Virus record (IMG/VR): IMGVR_UViG_3300008267_000209
Span: 1-39,373 of that record
DNA from: a virus
Taxonomy: Duplodnaviria; Caudoviricetes
DNA: 39,373 nt
Direction: 5' to 3' (one strand)
The notes under the pieces are model-generated. The model ran no database searches. It had not been told where the DNA came from and worked only from the letters and a program-made list of their open reading frames with translations. Below are positions 1 through 8,386 of the stretch, in pieces; position 1 is the first letter of the stretch, and every line of letters starts with the position of its first letter. The position numbers and the translations under genes are program-made.

Positions 1-21
1 TCATGGATATTAGGGTAATAA

Positions 22-29
22 ATATTTAT
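22..29 (+). promoter_or_regulatory. ATATTTAT putative late promoter element (portal)
   Basis: Exact copy of an 8-mer seen in 10 intergenic positions; ends 20 nt before the portal ATG. Confidence 0.6.
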
Positions 30-49
30 TGATATAATAAAACAATATA

Positions 50-1936
50 ATGGCAGAACAACAACCAGGTTTGTTTGATAGGCTTAGAAGGTTATTTAGT
101 ACAGACGTTATTATTAGAAATGTTGGTGGTAACCAATTAAAAGTAGTAGACGTTGATCGTATTCAAGCCTATGGTAACGTAAAAACAAACGCCCTCATAG
201 ATAGATTCACTAAACTTCATCGTTATGGCGCCAATATGCCATATAACCCAACGATGAATTACCAAACACTTCGTATTCAGTTATATACAGACTATGAAGC
301 AATGGATACAGATTCAATCATAGCATCTACATTAGATATACTTGCTGATGAATCTACTTTAAAAAATGAAACTGGAGAGGTATTACAAATTAAAAGTGCA
401 GATGAAAATGTTCAACGTATTTTATACAATTTATTTTACGATGTTTTAAATATCGAATTTAACTTATGGTTATGGATACGTAACATGTGTAAATACGGTG
501 ATTTTTATTTACACCTAGAAATAGCTGATCAGTTTGGTGTATATAATGTAACACCATTATCAGTTTATGATATGGTACGTGAAGAAGGAACTGACCCTAA
601 AAATCCGTCTCTTGTCCTATTTAGAATTGATCCAATGGTATTAACAGCAGGTGGTTATAATTATGCTGATTACCGTAAAGATAAAGATGGTAAAGTTACA
701 TTTCAAAACTACGAAATAGCTCACTTTAGATTATTAACTGATGCTAACTATCTTCCATATGGTAGATCTTATATTGAGCCTGCTCGTAAAACTTATAAGC
801 AATATGTTTTGATGAAAGATGCAATGTTATTGCATCGTATTACTCGTGCCCCAGAAAAACGTATATTCACTGTAAATGTAGGTAATATTCCACCAAATGA
901 AGTTGATGGATATATGCAAAAGGTGATGCAAAAAATGAAAAAAACACCTTATGTTGATCAACAAACAGGTGAATATAATTTGCGTTATAATTTGATGAAT
1001 ATGATGGAGGATTATTATCTTCCAACTCGTGGTAATGACACAGCAACTAAGATCGATACTGTTAAAGGTCTTGAATATAATGCTATTGAAGACGTAGTAT
1101 TTTTACGTGATGAAATGTTAGCTGCTCTTAAAGTACCTAAAGCATATTTTGGATTTGAAAAAGATTTACAAGGTAAAGCTACATTAGCTGCCGAAGATAT
1201 TAGATTTGCTCGTACAGTTGAACGTATTCAACGCATTGCCCTATCAGAACTATACAAAATAGCATTAGTGCATTTATATGTTCAGGGATATGATGGTGAA
1301 GCATTATCAAACTTTGAATTATCCTTGACTGTTCCTTCTGTTGTTTATGAACAAGAGAAAGTAGCATTATGGAAAGAAAAAGTTGACCTAGCTAAATCAA
1401 TTCAAGACACTAATTTATTACCATCAGATTGGATCTATCATCAATTGTTCCAATTTAGTGAAGATCAGTTTGATGAGTACCGTGATTTAGTACTTGAAGA
1501 TAAAAAGCGTGTATTCCGTCTCGCTCAAATTGAGAATGAAGGTAATGACCCAGCTAAAACTGGTAGATCATTTGGTACCCCACATGACCTAGCTTCATTA
1601 TATGGTAAAGGTAGAGCAGGAATGGACACTAATGGTCCTGTACCTGCAGGATATGATGAGAAAAAACCAGGTCGTCCTAAGGAAAAAGCATCTATTATAG
1701 GTACACAACAAGACCCATTAGGTAAAGATAGAACAGGCAAAATTGCTAATAATACTACGTCTACTCCTAATGAAACAGGTGAAGGAACACCTAAAGGAGG
1801 TTCACCTTTAGCTTTATCAGAATTAAAAAAACATAAAGGATTATTTGAGGGAATGAACATAGCTCGTAAAGAACTTGTGGTAGGACCTGATCAGGAACCG
1901 TCACTATTAGACGAGAAAAATATTAAGGATATATAA
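50..1936 (+). CDS. gp20: Portal vertex protein, T4 gp20-like
   Basis: 628 aa with gp20-family motifs GRSYIEPARK, LHRITRAPEKRIF-x-VNVGNIP, MMEDYYLPTRG, AALKVPK, EDIRFARTVERIQ; lies upstream of protease, scaffold and MCP. Confidence 0.93.
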   Translation: MAEQQPGLFDRLRRLFSTDVIIRNVGGNQLKVVDVDRIQAYGNVKTNALIDRFTKLHRYGANMPYNPTMNYQTLRIQLYTDYEAMDTDSIIASTLDILADESTLKNETGEVLQIKSADENVQRILYNLFYDVLNIEFNLWLWIRNMCKYGDFYLHLEIADQFGVYNVTPLSVYDMVREEGTDPKNPSLVLFRIDPMVLTAGGYNYADYRKDKDGKVTFQNYEIAHFRLLTDANYLPYGRSYIEPARKTYKQYVLMKDAMLLHRITRAPEKRIFTVNVGNIPPNEVDGYMQKVMQKMKKTPYVDQQTGEYNLRYNLMNMMEDYYLPTRGNDTATKIDTVKGLEYNAIEDVVFLRDEMLAALKVPKAYFGFEKDLQGKATLAAEDIRFARTVERIQRIALSELYKIALVHLYVQGYDGEALSNFELSLTVPSVVYEQEKVALWKEKVDLAKSIQDTNLLPSDWIYHQLFQFSEDQFDEYRDLVLEDKKRVFRLAQIENEGNDPAKTGRSFGTPHDLASLYGKGRAGMDTNGPVPAGYDEKKPGRPKEKASIIGTQQDPLGKDRTGKIANNTTSTPNETGEGTPKGGSPLALSELKKHKGLFEGMNIARKELVVGPDQEPSLLDEKNIKDI

Positions 1937-1943
1937 TAAATAC

Positions 1944-1951
1944 ATATTTAT
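1944..1951 (+). promoter_or_regulatory. ATATTTAT putative late promoter element
   Basis: Exact motif ending 21 nt before the ATG at 1973. Confidence 0.55.
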
Positions 1952-1972
1952 AGGTAGTGCACACTATTCATT

Positions 1973-2827
1973 ATGAAAATTAAACATAGCAAATTCAAAA
2001 ATACAGGTATCTTATTCGAATTGCTCGTAAGACAAATTGCATCTGATACTGTATCTAATAAAGATTCTGCCGCTATTGGTTTAGTTAAAAAATATTTTAA
2101 CAAATCCGAATTAGCAAAAGAATATAAATTATATCAAGCGTTAATTCAACCTAAATCATTAAGTGAAGCTAAAGCTGAAACGTTTATCAACGCAACGCTT
2201 GAAGCTTCTTTGCGTTTAAATAAAACAGCTTTACGCAAAGAAAAATACAACTTAATTAAGGATATTCGTGAACATTATGATTTAGAAGAATTTTTTAAAG
2301 CAAAAATTAGTAACTATAAGCAACTAGCTGCTGTTTTTAATTTAATAGAAGCACACAATTCATTAGAATTTACAGCTCCTCAACAAATTATTGACAATAA
2401 AATTACATTATTAGAACATATTACACGTAAAGAAGTTGATAAGGAAGGTGTTAAAGATCGTGTAATGGAAGAGTTTAATAATATGGATAAGGGTTCTCGC
2501 ATACTTGCTTACCGCATGTTATTAGAGAAATTTAATAGCAAATATGCTACTTTATCTGATCGTCAAAAATTAATATTAAAGGAATTTATTAATAATATTA
2601 CTAATACAACTAAATTACGTGATTTTGTTAATAATAATTTCAAAACAATTACTGAAGAAATCAGTACGTTAATTCCAACAGTATCTGATAAAACTACTCA
2701 GATTAAATTAGCTGAAGTAGTTACTTTGTTACAACCATTAGATAAAACCCAAAGTGTAAAGGATGAAAATATCATTTCTCTTTTACAATATTATCAATTA
2801 ATTGAAGAATTAAAATCAATTAAATAG
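1973..2827 (+). CDS. Hypothetical head-module protein (helical, Lys/Leu/Glu-rich)
   Basis: 284-aa ORF with phage-like codon usage directly after portal; no function recognised. Confidence 0.8.
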   Translation: MKIKHSKFKNTGILFELLVRQIASDTVSNKDSAAIGLVKKYFNKSELAKEYKLYQALIQPKSLSEAKAETFINATLEASLRLNKTALRKEKYNLIKDIREHYDLEEFFKAKISNYKQLAAVFNLIEAHNSLEFTAPQQIIDNKITLLEHITRKEVDKEGVKDRVMEEFNNMDKGSRILAYRMLLEKFNSKYATLSDRQKLILKEFINNITNTTKLRDFVNNNFKTITEEISTLIPTVSDKTTQIKLAEVVTLLQPLDKTQSVKDENIISLLQYYQLIEELKSIK

Positions 2828-3288
2828 GTGTACCTGGTTATTTAACTCCAAACGCATTTGCTAAAAAAGGTCAAGGACCAAATCTAGCAACACAACAAGC
2901 ACAAAAATCAGGTTGGAAACTAGCTGGAGGAATGCCTAAACATTCCAAAATGCTTGATTATAAAGAATTATGGAAAGGTAAAAAATCCGCTATGAACGAA
3001 TCATTAAAAGAAATTATTAAGCAAGAATTACTTAACGAAGTAACCTATAACAAATTTAAAAAAGATGTAAAATTCAGAACTAAATCTGAACAATTACATA
3101 AAGCAATTCGTGAAGTAAAGAAAAAACTACAAGAAATTGATCGTATTGTTGAATACACTTCTCGTATGAAGCAAGAATTAAGTGAAGATGGAGGAATTAA
3201 TTACTGGAAAGCAACACAAAAGAATGTTGCCACTATTTCCGAAATGGTAAACCAATTAAATAATAAAATTAAAAACCTTAATCAATAA
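2827..3288 (+). CDS. Hypothetical (putative internal head) protein, 5' end apparently missing
   Basis: The frame of ORF 2932..3288 stays open upstream as GVPGYLTPNAFAKKGQGPNLATQQAQKSGWKLAGG with no ATG; in-frame TAA at 2821-2823. C-terminal half is coiled-coil-like. Confidence 0.65.
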   Translation, partial: GVPGYLTPNAFAKKGQGPNLATQQAQKSGWKLAGGMPKHSKMLDYKELWKGKKSAMNESLKEIIKQELLNEVTYNKFKKDVKFRTKSEQLHKAIREVKKKLQEIDRIVEYTSRMKQELSEDGGINYWKATQKNVATISEMVNQLNNKIKNLNQ

Positions 3289-3422
3289 TGGCAAAGGCTA
3301 AGGGTGGTTCTTCACGTGAAAACCATAAAATATCATTTGGTAAGCGTAAAACAGGTAAAGCAAAAAAATCATTTAACAAACACGATCATTCAGAAAAAAA
3401 TTATAGAGGTCAAGGCCGATAA
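3288..3422 (+). CDS. Small basic protein ending YRGQGR (44 aa; not in ORF track)
   Basis: MAKAKGGSSRENHKISFGKRKTGKAKKSFNKHDHSEKNYRGQGR; ATG overlaps the upstream TAA (TAATG); C-terminal YRGQG(R/K) recalls small basic proteins of T4-like phages. Confidence 0.75.
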   Translation: MAKAKGGSSRENHKISFGKRKTGKAKKSFNKHDHSEKNYRGQGR

Positions 3423-3433
3423 ATAAAAATAAG

Positions 3434-4660
3434 ATGAAAAGTATACAAAACCAATATCGCGATTTAAAAGAAGGTAGAATGTCTCAACATAACTTTATGC
3501 GTAATTTACGTATGAGTATGCCTCAACATATTACTAATGTAACTTCATTTAATGATGCTGTTAAAATCCTTAAAAATAAAGCTATTTTAAGTGAAGCTAC
3601 AGTAAATTCTCCTGAAGATGTTAAGGAACAGTGGTTTGAAGAATTTCAAAACGCTATTGAAAATATGGATCTTTCTCCTGAAAAAAAGGCTAAAGCAATG
3701 AAAGCTTTAGATCATGTTGATGTTATTGACATGTATGGTATGTTTCAACCCGGACCTGGAGCTAATGCTTTTATAGGTGATATAGATGATATATTAGCTA
3801 GAGCTGGAGATAAAGAGGAAAATGATGAAGATGCTGATTTAGCAGCTATGCTTGCTAAATATGGTGATGAAGATTTAGGTCCTGAAAAATATAAATTTCA
3901 AGATTTCCCTGGTGCAATAAGTGAAGCTAAAAAGAAAAAAGAAGCTAAAACCGAATTACATCCAAATCAAATTCACCCACAAGAATTAAGAATGGGTATT
4001 AAAGTTGAATTGGAACATACAGACGATTTAGATAAAGCTAAAAAAATTGCTTTAGATCATTTAGCTGAAAATCCATTCTATTATACTGCACTTAAACTCT
4101 CAGGAATCGAGTCACCCTCAGTTCCAAAATACAAAACTCCTGAAGAAAAAAAGGTTAAAAAGAAAAAAGAAGCAGTTGAATTAGTTGATAAAGATAATCA
4201 AATGCAGAAAGTTAAAATGCCTAAAGCATTACAGGAAGCCAAATTCAGTCCACTACCAGGTGAAGAACCAAATGCTGTTGTAAAACAAGCTATAGAATGG
4301 GTTGATACAAATTTACCATCTTTATCTGATAAAATTGAATTTCAACAATCTCGTTTTCGTCCAGACGAAGCTATTTTAAGATATGAATATTGGGATATTT
4401 TACCTGAAGATGCTGTAGCAAAATTAAAATCACAATTTAATGTTGAAGTTGATTCTGATATAATGGATGATCAACTTCCAATTAATTATTATCGCTTAAC
4501 ACTTAAAAAACCATCATTTAGACCAGGTGTTGATTTAGGCAAGTCATTTGATAAATTTAAATCAACATTAGAAGAAGTTGTACGTGAAGTAATAGCTGAA
4601 ACTTTTGATGGTCGTGATAATGTAACTGATGTAGCTGGTCATCAATTAGATGAAAAATAA
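3434..4660 (+). CDS. Putative internal head protein with DUF5661-like segment
   Basis: 408 aa; ELRMGIKVELEHTDDLDKAKKIALDHLAENPFYY resembles DUF5661; several (I/L)-x-E sites (ILSEA, AISEA, ALQEA, VIAET). Confidence 0.65.
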   Translation: MKSIQNQYRDLKEGRMSQHNFMRNLRMSMPQHITNVTSFNDAVKILKNKAILSEATVNSPEDVKEQWFEEFQNAIENMDLSPEKKAKAMKALDHVDVIDMYGMFQPGPGANAFIGDIDDILARAGDKEENDEDADLAAMLAKYGDEDLGPEKYKFQDFPGAISEAKKKKEAKTELHPNQIHPQELRMGIKVELEHTDDLDKAKKIALDHLAENPFYYTALKLSGIESPSVPKYKTPEEKKVKKKKEAVELVDKDNQMQKVKMPKALQEAKFSPLPGEEPNAVVKQAIEWVDTNLPSLSDKIEFQQSRFRPDEAILRYEYWDILPEDAVAKLKSQFNVEVDSDIMDDQLPINYYRLTLKKPSFRPGVDLGKSFDKFKSTLEEVVREVIAETFDGRDNVTDVAGHQLDEK

Positions 4661-4672
4661 TAAAAAATAACA

Positions 4673-5290
4673 ATGAGCAAATCATTATTGATAGATCATA
4701 CACCATTCCAATCAGCAAAACTTACAATTGCTGAAAATAAGCAATTAGGTGAAGGTAAATCTCTTGTTACTCTTGTTGGTAAATTACAAGAAGCTGAGCA
4801 AAAGAATGGCAATGGTCGTGTATATCCTCGTGAAATTCTTGAAAGAGAAGTAAAAAAATACGCAGATGGACCAGTAAAAACACGTACAGCTTTAGGAGAA
4901 CTCGATCATCCTGAAGCATCTGTTGTGAATTTAGCAAATACTTCTCATGTTATTACAGAAGTATGGTGGAAAGGAAATGATTTAATGGGTAAATTACAAC
5001 TTTTACCTACACCAGCAGGTAATATCGCTAAAGCATTAGTAATGTCTGGTATTCCACTTGGTATTTCATCTCGTGGTATGGGATCTGTTAAACAATTAGG
5101 TGAAACCGTTGAAGTACAAGATGATTTTGAATTATTGTGTTGGGATTTAGTATCAGTTCCTTCAACTCCACAAGCATACATGACATTAGCTGAATCTAAA
5201 AAACACATGTCAGTAAAAGATTATAGTAAAGTAAATAGTTTAATTACTGAAATTATTTGTAATGCAACTGGCGTTTGTCCATTGTGTTAA
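4673..5290 (+). CDS. gp21: Prohead core protease, T4 gp21-like
   Basis: NGNGRVYPREIL, ALGELDHP (catalytic His), LGISSRGMGS (catalytic Ser), WDLVSVPS. Confidence 0.93.
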   Translation: MSKSLLIDHTPFQSAKLTIAENKQLGEGKSLVTLVGKLQEAEQKNGNGRVYPREILEREVKKYADGPVKTRTALGELDHPEASVVNLANTSHVITEVWWKGNDLMGKLQLLPTPAGNIAKALVMSGIPLGISSRGMGSVKQLGETVEVQDDFELLCWDLVSVPSTPQAYMTLAESKKHMSVKDYSKVNSLITEIICNATGVCPLC

Positions 5291-5302
5291 TAACTAAATA
5301 AT

Positions 5303-5413
5303 ATGGCACGATCAAAAAATACATGGAGACCAATGAAATCAAGAAAAAATGGTCTTAAACATAAAAGAAGAATCGACAAAAATAATCAAATACTAAAAAA
5401 ACTCTGCCAGTAA
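5303..5413 (+). CDS. Small basic protein (36 aa; not in ORF track)
   Basis: MARSKNTWRPMKSRKNGLKHKRRIDKNNQILKKLCQ with A-rich leader; fills the gap between protease and the scaffold promoter. Confidence 0.55.
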   Translation: MARSKNTWRPMKSRKNGLKHKRRIDKNNQILKKLCQ

Positions 5414-5436
5414 TTCACGGTTTTTAGTATCTACAT

Positions 5437-5550
5437 ATATTTATGGGCATCCTAAATAGGTTGCCCATTCTTTATGCAACCTGGGTATATTATAAACCCC
5501 CTATTAAGATTCCCTAATAATCTTATTTCCGTAAATTTAATTTAAGGACA
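5437..5550 (+). promoter_or_regulatory. ATATTTAT motif plus structured ~105-nt leader of the scaffold/MCP unit
   Basis: Motif 5437-5444; hairpins 5443-5468, 5458-5482 (overlapping, mutually exclusive) and 5505-5525. Confidence 0.55.
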
Positions 5551-6711
5551 ATGTCAAACAAAGACTTATTCAAAGAGGCTATCGCCGACGCTAAAGCCGT
5601 TCGCGAAGCTGCGTTAGCAAACGCTAAAGCCGCCCTTGAAGAAGCTCTCGCACCAAAACTTCAAAACATGCTTGCTGCTAAATTGCAAGAAATGGAATAC
5701 GAAGAAGATATGGACGAAGCTAAAGATAAGGACGAAGAAAAAATGGAAGAAGCTCTTCCATCTGCATTTGCATCTGCAGATACAGATGATCCAATTCAAG
5801 ACAAATACAGAGCTGCAGGCGCTGCACTTGAAGAAGACGAATTAGAAGAAGATTTCGATTTATCCGAAATTTTAGCTGAATTAAGCGAAGAAAATGAGCT
5901 TGAAGAAGGTAAAAAAGAAGATAAAGAAGAAATGGACGAAGCTAAAAAAGAAAAAGAAGACCTCGATGAAGCTGAAGAAGCTGAAGAAGAGGAGGAAGAA
6001 GAAGAGTCTGAAGAAGAAGAATCTGAAGGCGAAGACAAAATCACTGACTTAACAGTTGATGAATTAAAAGACATTATCAAAGACATCATTTCATCTGAAA
6101 TGGGTGGTGCTGAAGCTCCAGAAATGGATATGAGCGCTGACATGAGTGGTGAAGGTGGTGAAGAAGAAATGGCTGTAAACATCGATGGTGAAATGGAAGG
6201 TGAAACTGAAGAAATCGCTGAAGAAGAAGATTTAGACGAAATCGATTTAGAAGAATTATTAGCTGAACTTGATTCTTTAGACGAAGCTGACGATGACAAA
6301 GACGACATGTACGAAGCTAAGAAAAAAGAAGATAAGAAGAAAAAAGAAGATGAAAAAGACGAAATGAAAGAAGCAATCGATACTATCGAAGCTCTTCGTA
6401 ACGAGTTAAACGAAGTTAACTTGCTTAACGCTAAGTTACTTTATGTTAACAAAATCTTCAAAGCTAAGAATTTGAACGAATCACAAAAACTTAAGGTAAT
6501 TGCTCAATTTGATAAAGCAACTACCCCAACAGAAGCTAAAGCTATTTTTGAATCTATGAACAGTGCAATTGAAAAATCTAAGAAGAGCATTGTTAAAGAA
6601 TCATTAGGATTTGCTTCTAAAGCTGCTGGTATGGCTCCACAAAAACCAATCGTTGAAGTAGACGATACAGTTTCTAGATGGAAAATGTTAGCAGGTATTA
6701 CTAAATTTTAA
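5551..6711 (+). CDS. Prohead core scaffolding protein (gp22-like position)
   Basis: 386 aa, extremely Glu/Asp-rich and coiled-coil-like, between protease and MCP; many x-x-E processing-like sites; highly expressed codon bias. Confidence 0.8.
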   Translation: MSNKDLFKEAIADAKAVREAALANAKAALEEALAPKLQNMLAAKLQEMEYEEDMDEAKDKDEEKMEEALPSAFASADTDDPIQDKYRAAGAALEEDELEEDFDLSEILAELSEENELEEGKKEDKEEMDEAKKEKEDLDEAEEAEEEEEEEESEEEESEGEDKITDLTVDELKDIIKDIISSEMGGAEAPEMDMSADMSGEGGEEEMAVNIDGEMEGETEEIAEEEDLDEIDLEELLAELDSLDEADDDKDDMYEAKKKEDKKKKEDEKDEMKEAIDTIEALRNELNEVNLLNAKLLYVNKIFKAKNLNESQKLKVIAQFDKATTPTEAKAIFESMNSAIEKSKKSIVKESLGFASKAAGMAPQKPIVEVDDTVSRWKMLAGITKF

Positions 6712-6739
6712 TTAACAAAAACCCTAAATTCATTTTAAA

Positions 6740-8082
6740 ATGAACGTACAACAATTACTCGAATCATCTAACCAATACAAGAATGTAATGGAAGATGCTC
6801 AAAAATTGTCTAGCAAGTGGGCAAAATCTGGCCTTTTAGAAGGTATCAAAGTGCTGGTTATAACGCTGAAGGTTGGAATGGCGTTGCTCTTCCACTCGTT
6901 CGTCGTGTATTCGGTGAAATCGCTGCTAAAGAATTCGTTAGTGTACAACCAATGAACTTACCTTCAGGTCTTGTATTCTATCTTGATTTCAAATATGGCA
7001 CAAATGTAAGACCATTCGCTACTAACGGTTCTCTTTATGGTGCTAACGCTACCACAAACGTAACCGATATTGCTTCTCAGTCTCTTTATGGTGCTGGTAA
7101 ATTTGGTTATTCTATCAACCAATACTCAGCTTCTATCGCTGCTGTAACTAATTCAGTTTCTTGGTCTGATGTTAACTTAGATCAAAACTATGTAGTTACT
7201 GGTTCTTATAAGAAAATCCAAGTTCCACTTCCTTCTAATGCAGATTTAAATGGTGCTCGTGCTTTCGTATTTACTTCAGGTTCAATCAATGCAACTGATA
7301 TTTTACAAGCATTCACTTCTGTATCTAACAATACAGCTTCTTTCATTGTAACTGGTTCTTTAGTATCTAACAACCCTGGTCAAACTGTTACATTATTCTA
7401 TGATGTACAGCCTACAGCTGATGCTCGTGGTGATTTTGAAGATGGTGTTGCTAAAACTAATGCTAACACTACAATTTCTATCCCAGAAATCAATGTTCAG
7501 TTAAAATCTGAAGCTATCGTTGCTAAAACTCGTAAGTTAAAAGCACAATGGACTCCAGAATTCGCTCAAGATCTTAACGCTTACCATAGCGTAGATGCTG
7601 AAGCTGAATTAACTGGTTATTACAACACACAAGGTGGTTGGTTCCAAACTTTAGGTACTAAGTTACAGAAAGTTTCTAACACAATCCATCAGTTAACTTT
7701 ACGTGGTGGTGCTAACTTCCTCGTAACTTCTCCAACTATTGCAACTATCCTCGAATCTATTCCTGGATTTGCTTCTGATGGTGATGGCGAAAAATTAGAA
7801 TACAACTTCGGTATCCAGAAGGTTGGTTCTTTAAATAGCCGTTACAAAGTATACAAGAACCCATACATGACTGAGAACGTAATCTTAATGGGTTACAAAG
7901 GTGCTCAGTTCCTTGAGTGTGGTGCTGTATTTGCTCCATATGTTCCATTGATCATGACTCCACTTCTTTACGATCCATCTACCTTCACTCCACGTAAAGG
8001 TTTGATGACTCGTTACGCTAAGAAGATGATCCGTCCTGATTACTATGGTAAGATCTATGTTGCTGGTTTGAATACTCTTTAA
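6740..8082 (+). CDS. gp23: Major capsid protein, T4 gp23-like; as assembled it has an out-of-frame junction at ~6850 and an in-frame gap at ~7615
   Basis: N-terminus MNVQQLLES..KWAKSGLLEGIK (frame of 6740) joins another frame with ALPLVRRVF, VSVQPMNLPSGLVFYL, KTRKLKAQWTPEFAQDL..DAEAEL, FAPYVPL, FTPRKGLMTRY. The ATG-less start at 6817 is not the real start. Confidence 0.92.
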
Positions 8083-8095
8083 TCCACAATATAAT

Positions 8096-8151
8096 CTAGT
8101 CCCGTAAGACTAGGTACAGTTAGAGTCCAAGCGCAAGCTTGGACTCTTTTT
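8096..8151 (+). terminator. Rho-independent terminator after MCP, preceded by a small hairpin
   Basis: AGAGTCCAAGC-GCAA-GCTTGGACTCT (8122-8147, 11-bp stem, GNRA loop) followed by a T run; small hairpin CTAGTC-CCGTAA-GACTAG at 8096-8113. Confidence 0.85.
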
Positions 8152-8218
8152 GCATATGTATACACGGTACCAACCAAATGCGCGTTTTGTATTTTTTAAC
8201 CAAAACCCCATTTGAAAC

Positions 8219-8326
8219 ATGGAGCATTTAGCATTCATTCTACATTGGCACTTTTTGCTTGGTGTAGTAGTTGGTGTAGTGGCAGGACCACACATCAAAA
8301 ATTTAGTTTCTAAGTTTAAAAAATAA
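8219..8326 (+). CDS. Small single-pass membrane protein (35 aa; not in ORF track)
   Basis: MEHLAFILHWHFLLGVVVGVVAGPHIKNLVSKFKK: hydrophobic GxxxGxxxG helix plus basic tail; flanked by two terminators. Confidence 0.65.
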   Translation: MEHLAFILHWHFLLGVVVGVVAGPHIKNLVSKFKK

Positions 8327-8332
8327 ACTAAA

Positions 8333-8360
8333 AAGCCCTCAAGAAATTGAGGGCTTCTTT
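8333..8360 (+). terminator. Rho-independent terminator
   Basis: AAGCCCTCAA-GAAA-TTGAGGGCTT (10-bp stem, GNRA loop) followed by CTTT. Confidence 0.8.
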
Positions 8361-8363
8361 GTT

Positions 8364-8371
8364 ATATTTAT
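8364..8371 (+). promoter_or_regulatory. ATATTTAT putative late promoter element (phoH)
   Basis: Exact motif immediately after a terminator and ending 15 nt before the ATG. Confidence 0.6.
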
Positions 8372-8386
8372 TGAAAATAATGTTAC

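Noticed and set aside
6835-6860. Programmed -1 ribosomal frameshift in the MCP
   Set aside because: No X-XXY-YYZ slippery heptamer or obvious stimulatory structure, and shifting would not restore the missing conserved block.
2820-7620. Three junctions as splice sites or scrambled gene pieces (GT/GGT near each junction)
   Set aside because: Junction similarity is only 2-3 nt, the missing coding pieces are not visible elsewhere in the window, and splicing would not remove conserved coding sequence from DNA.
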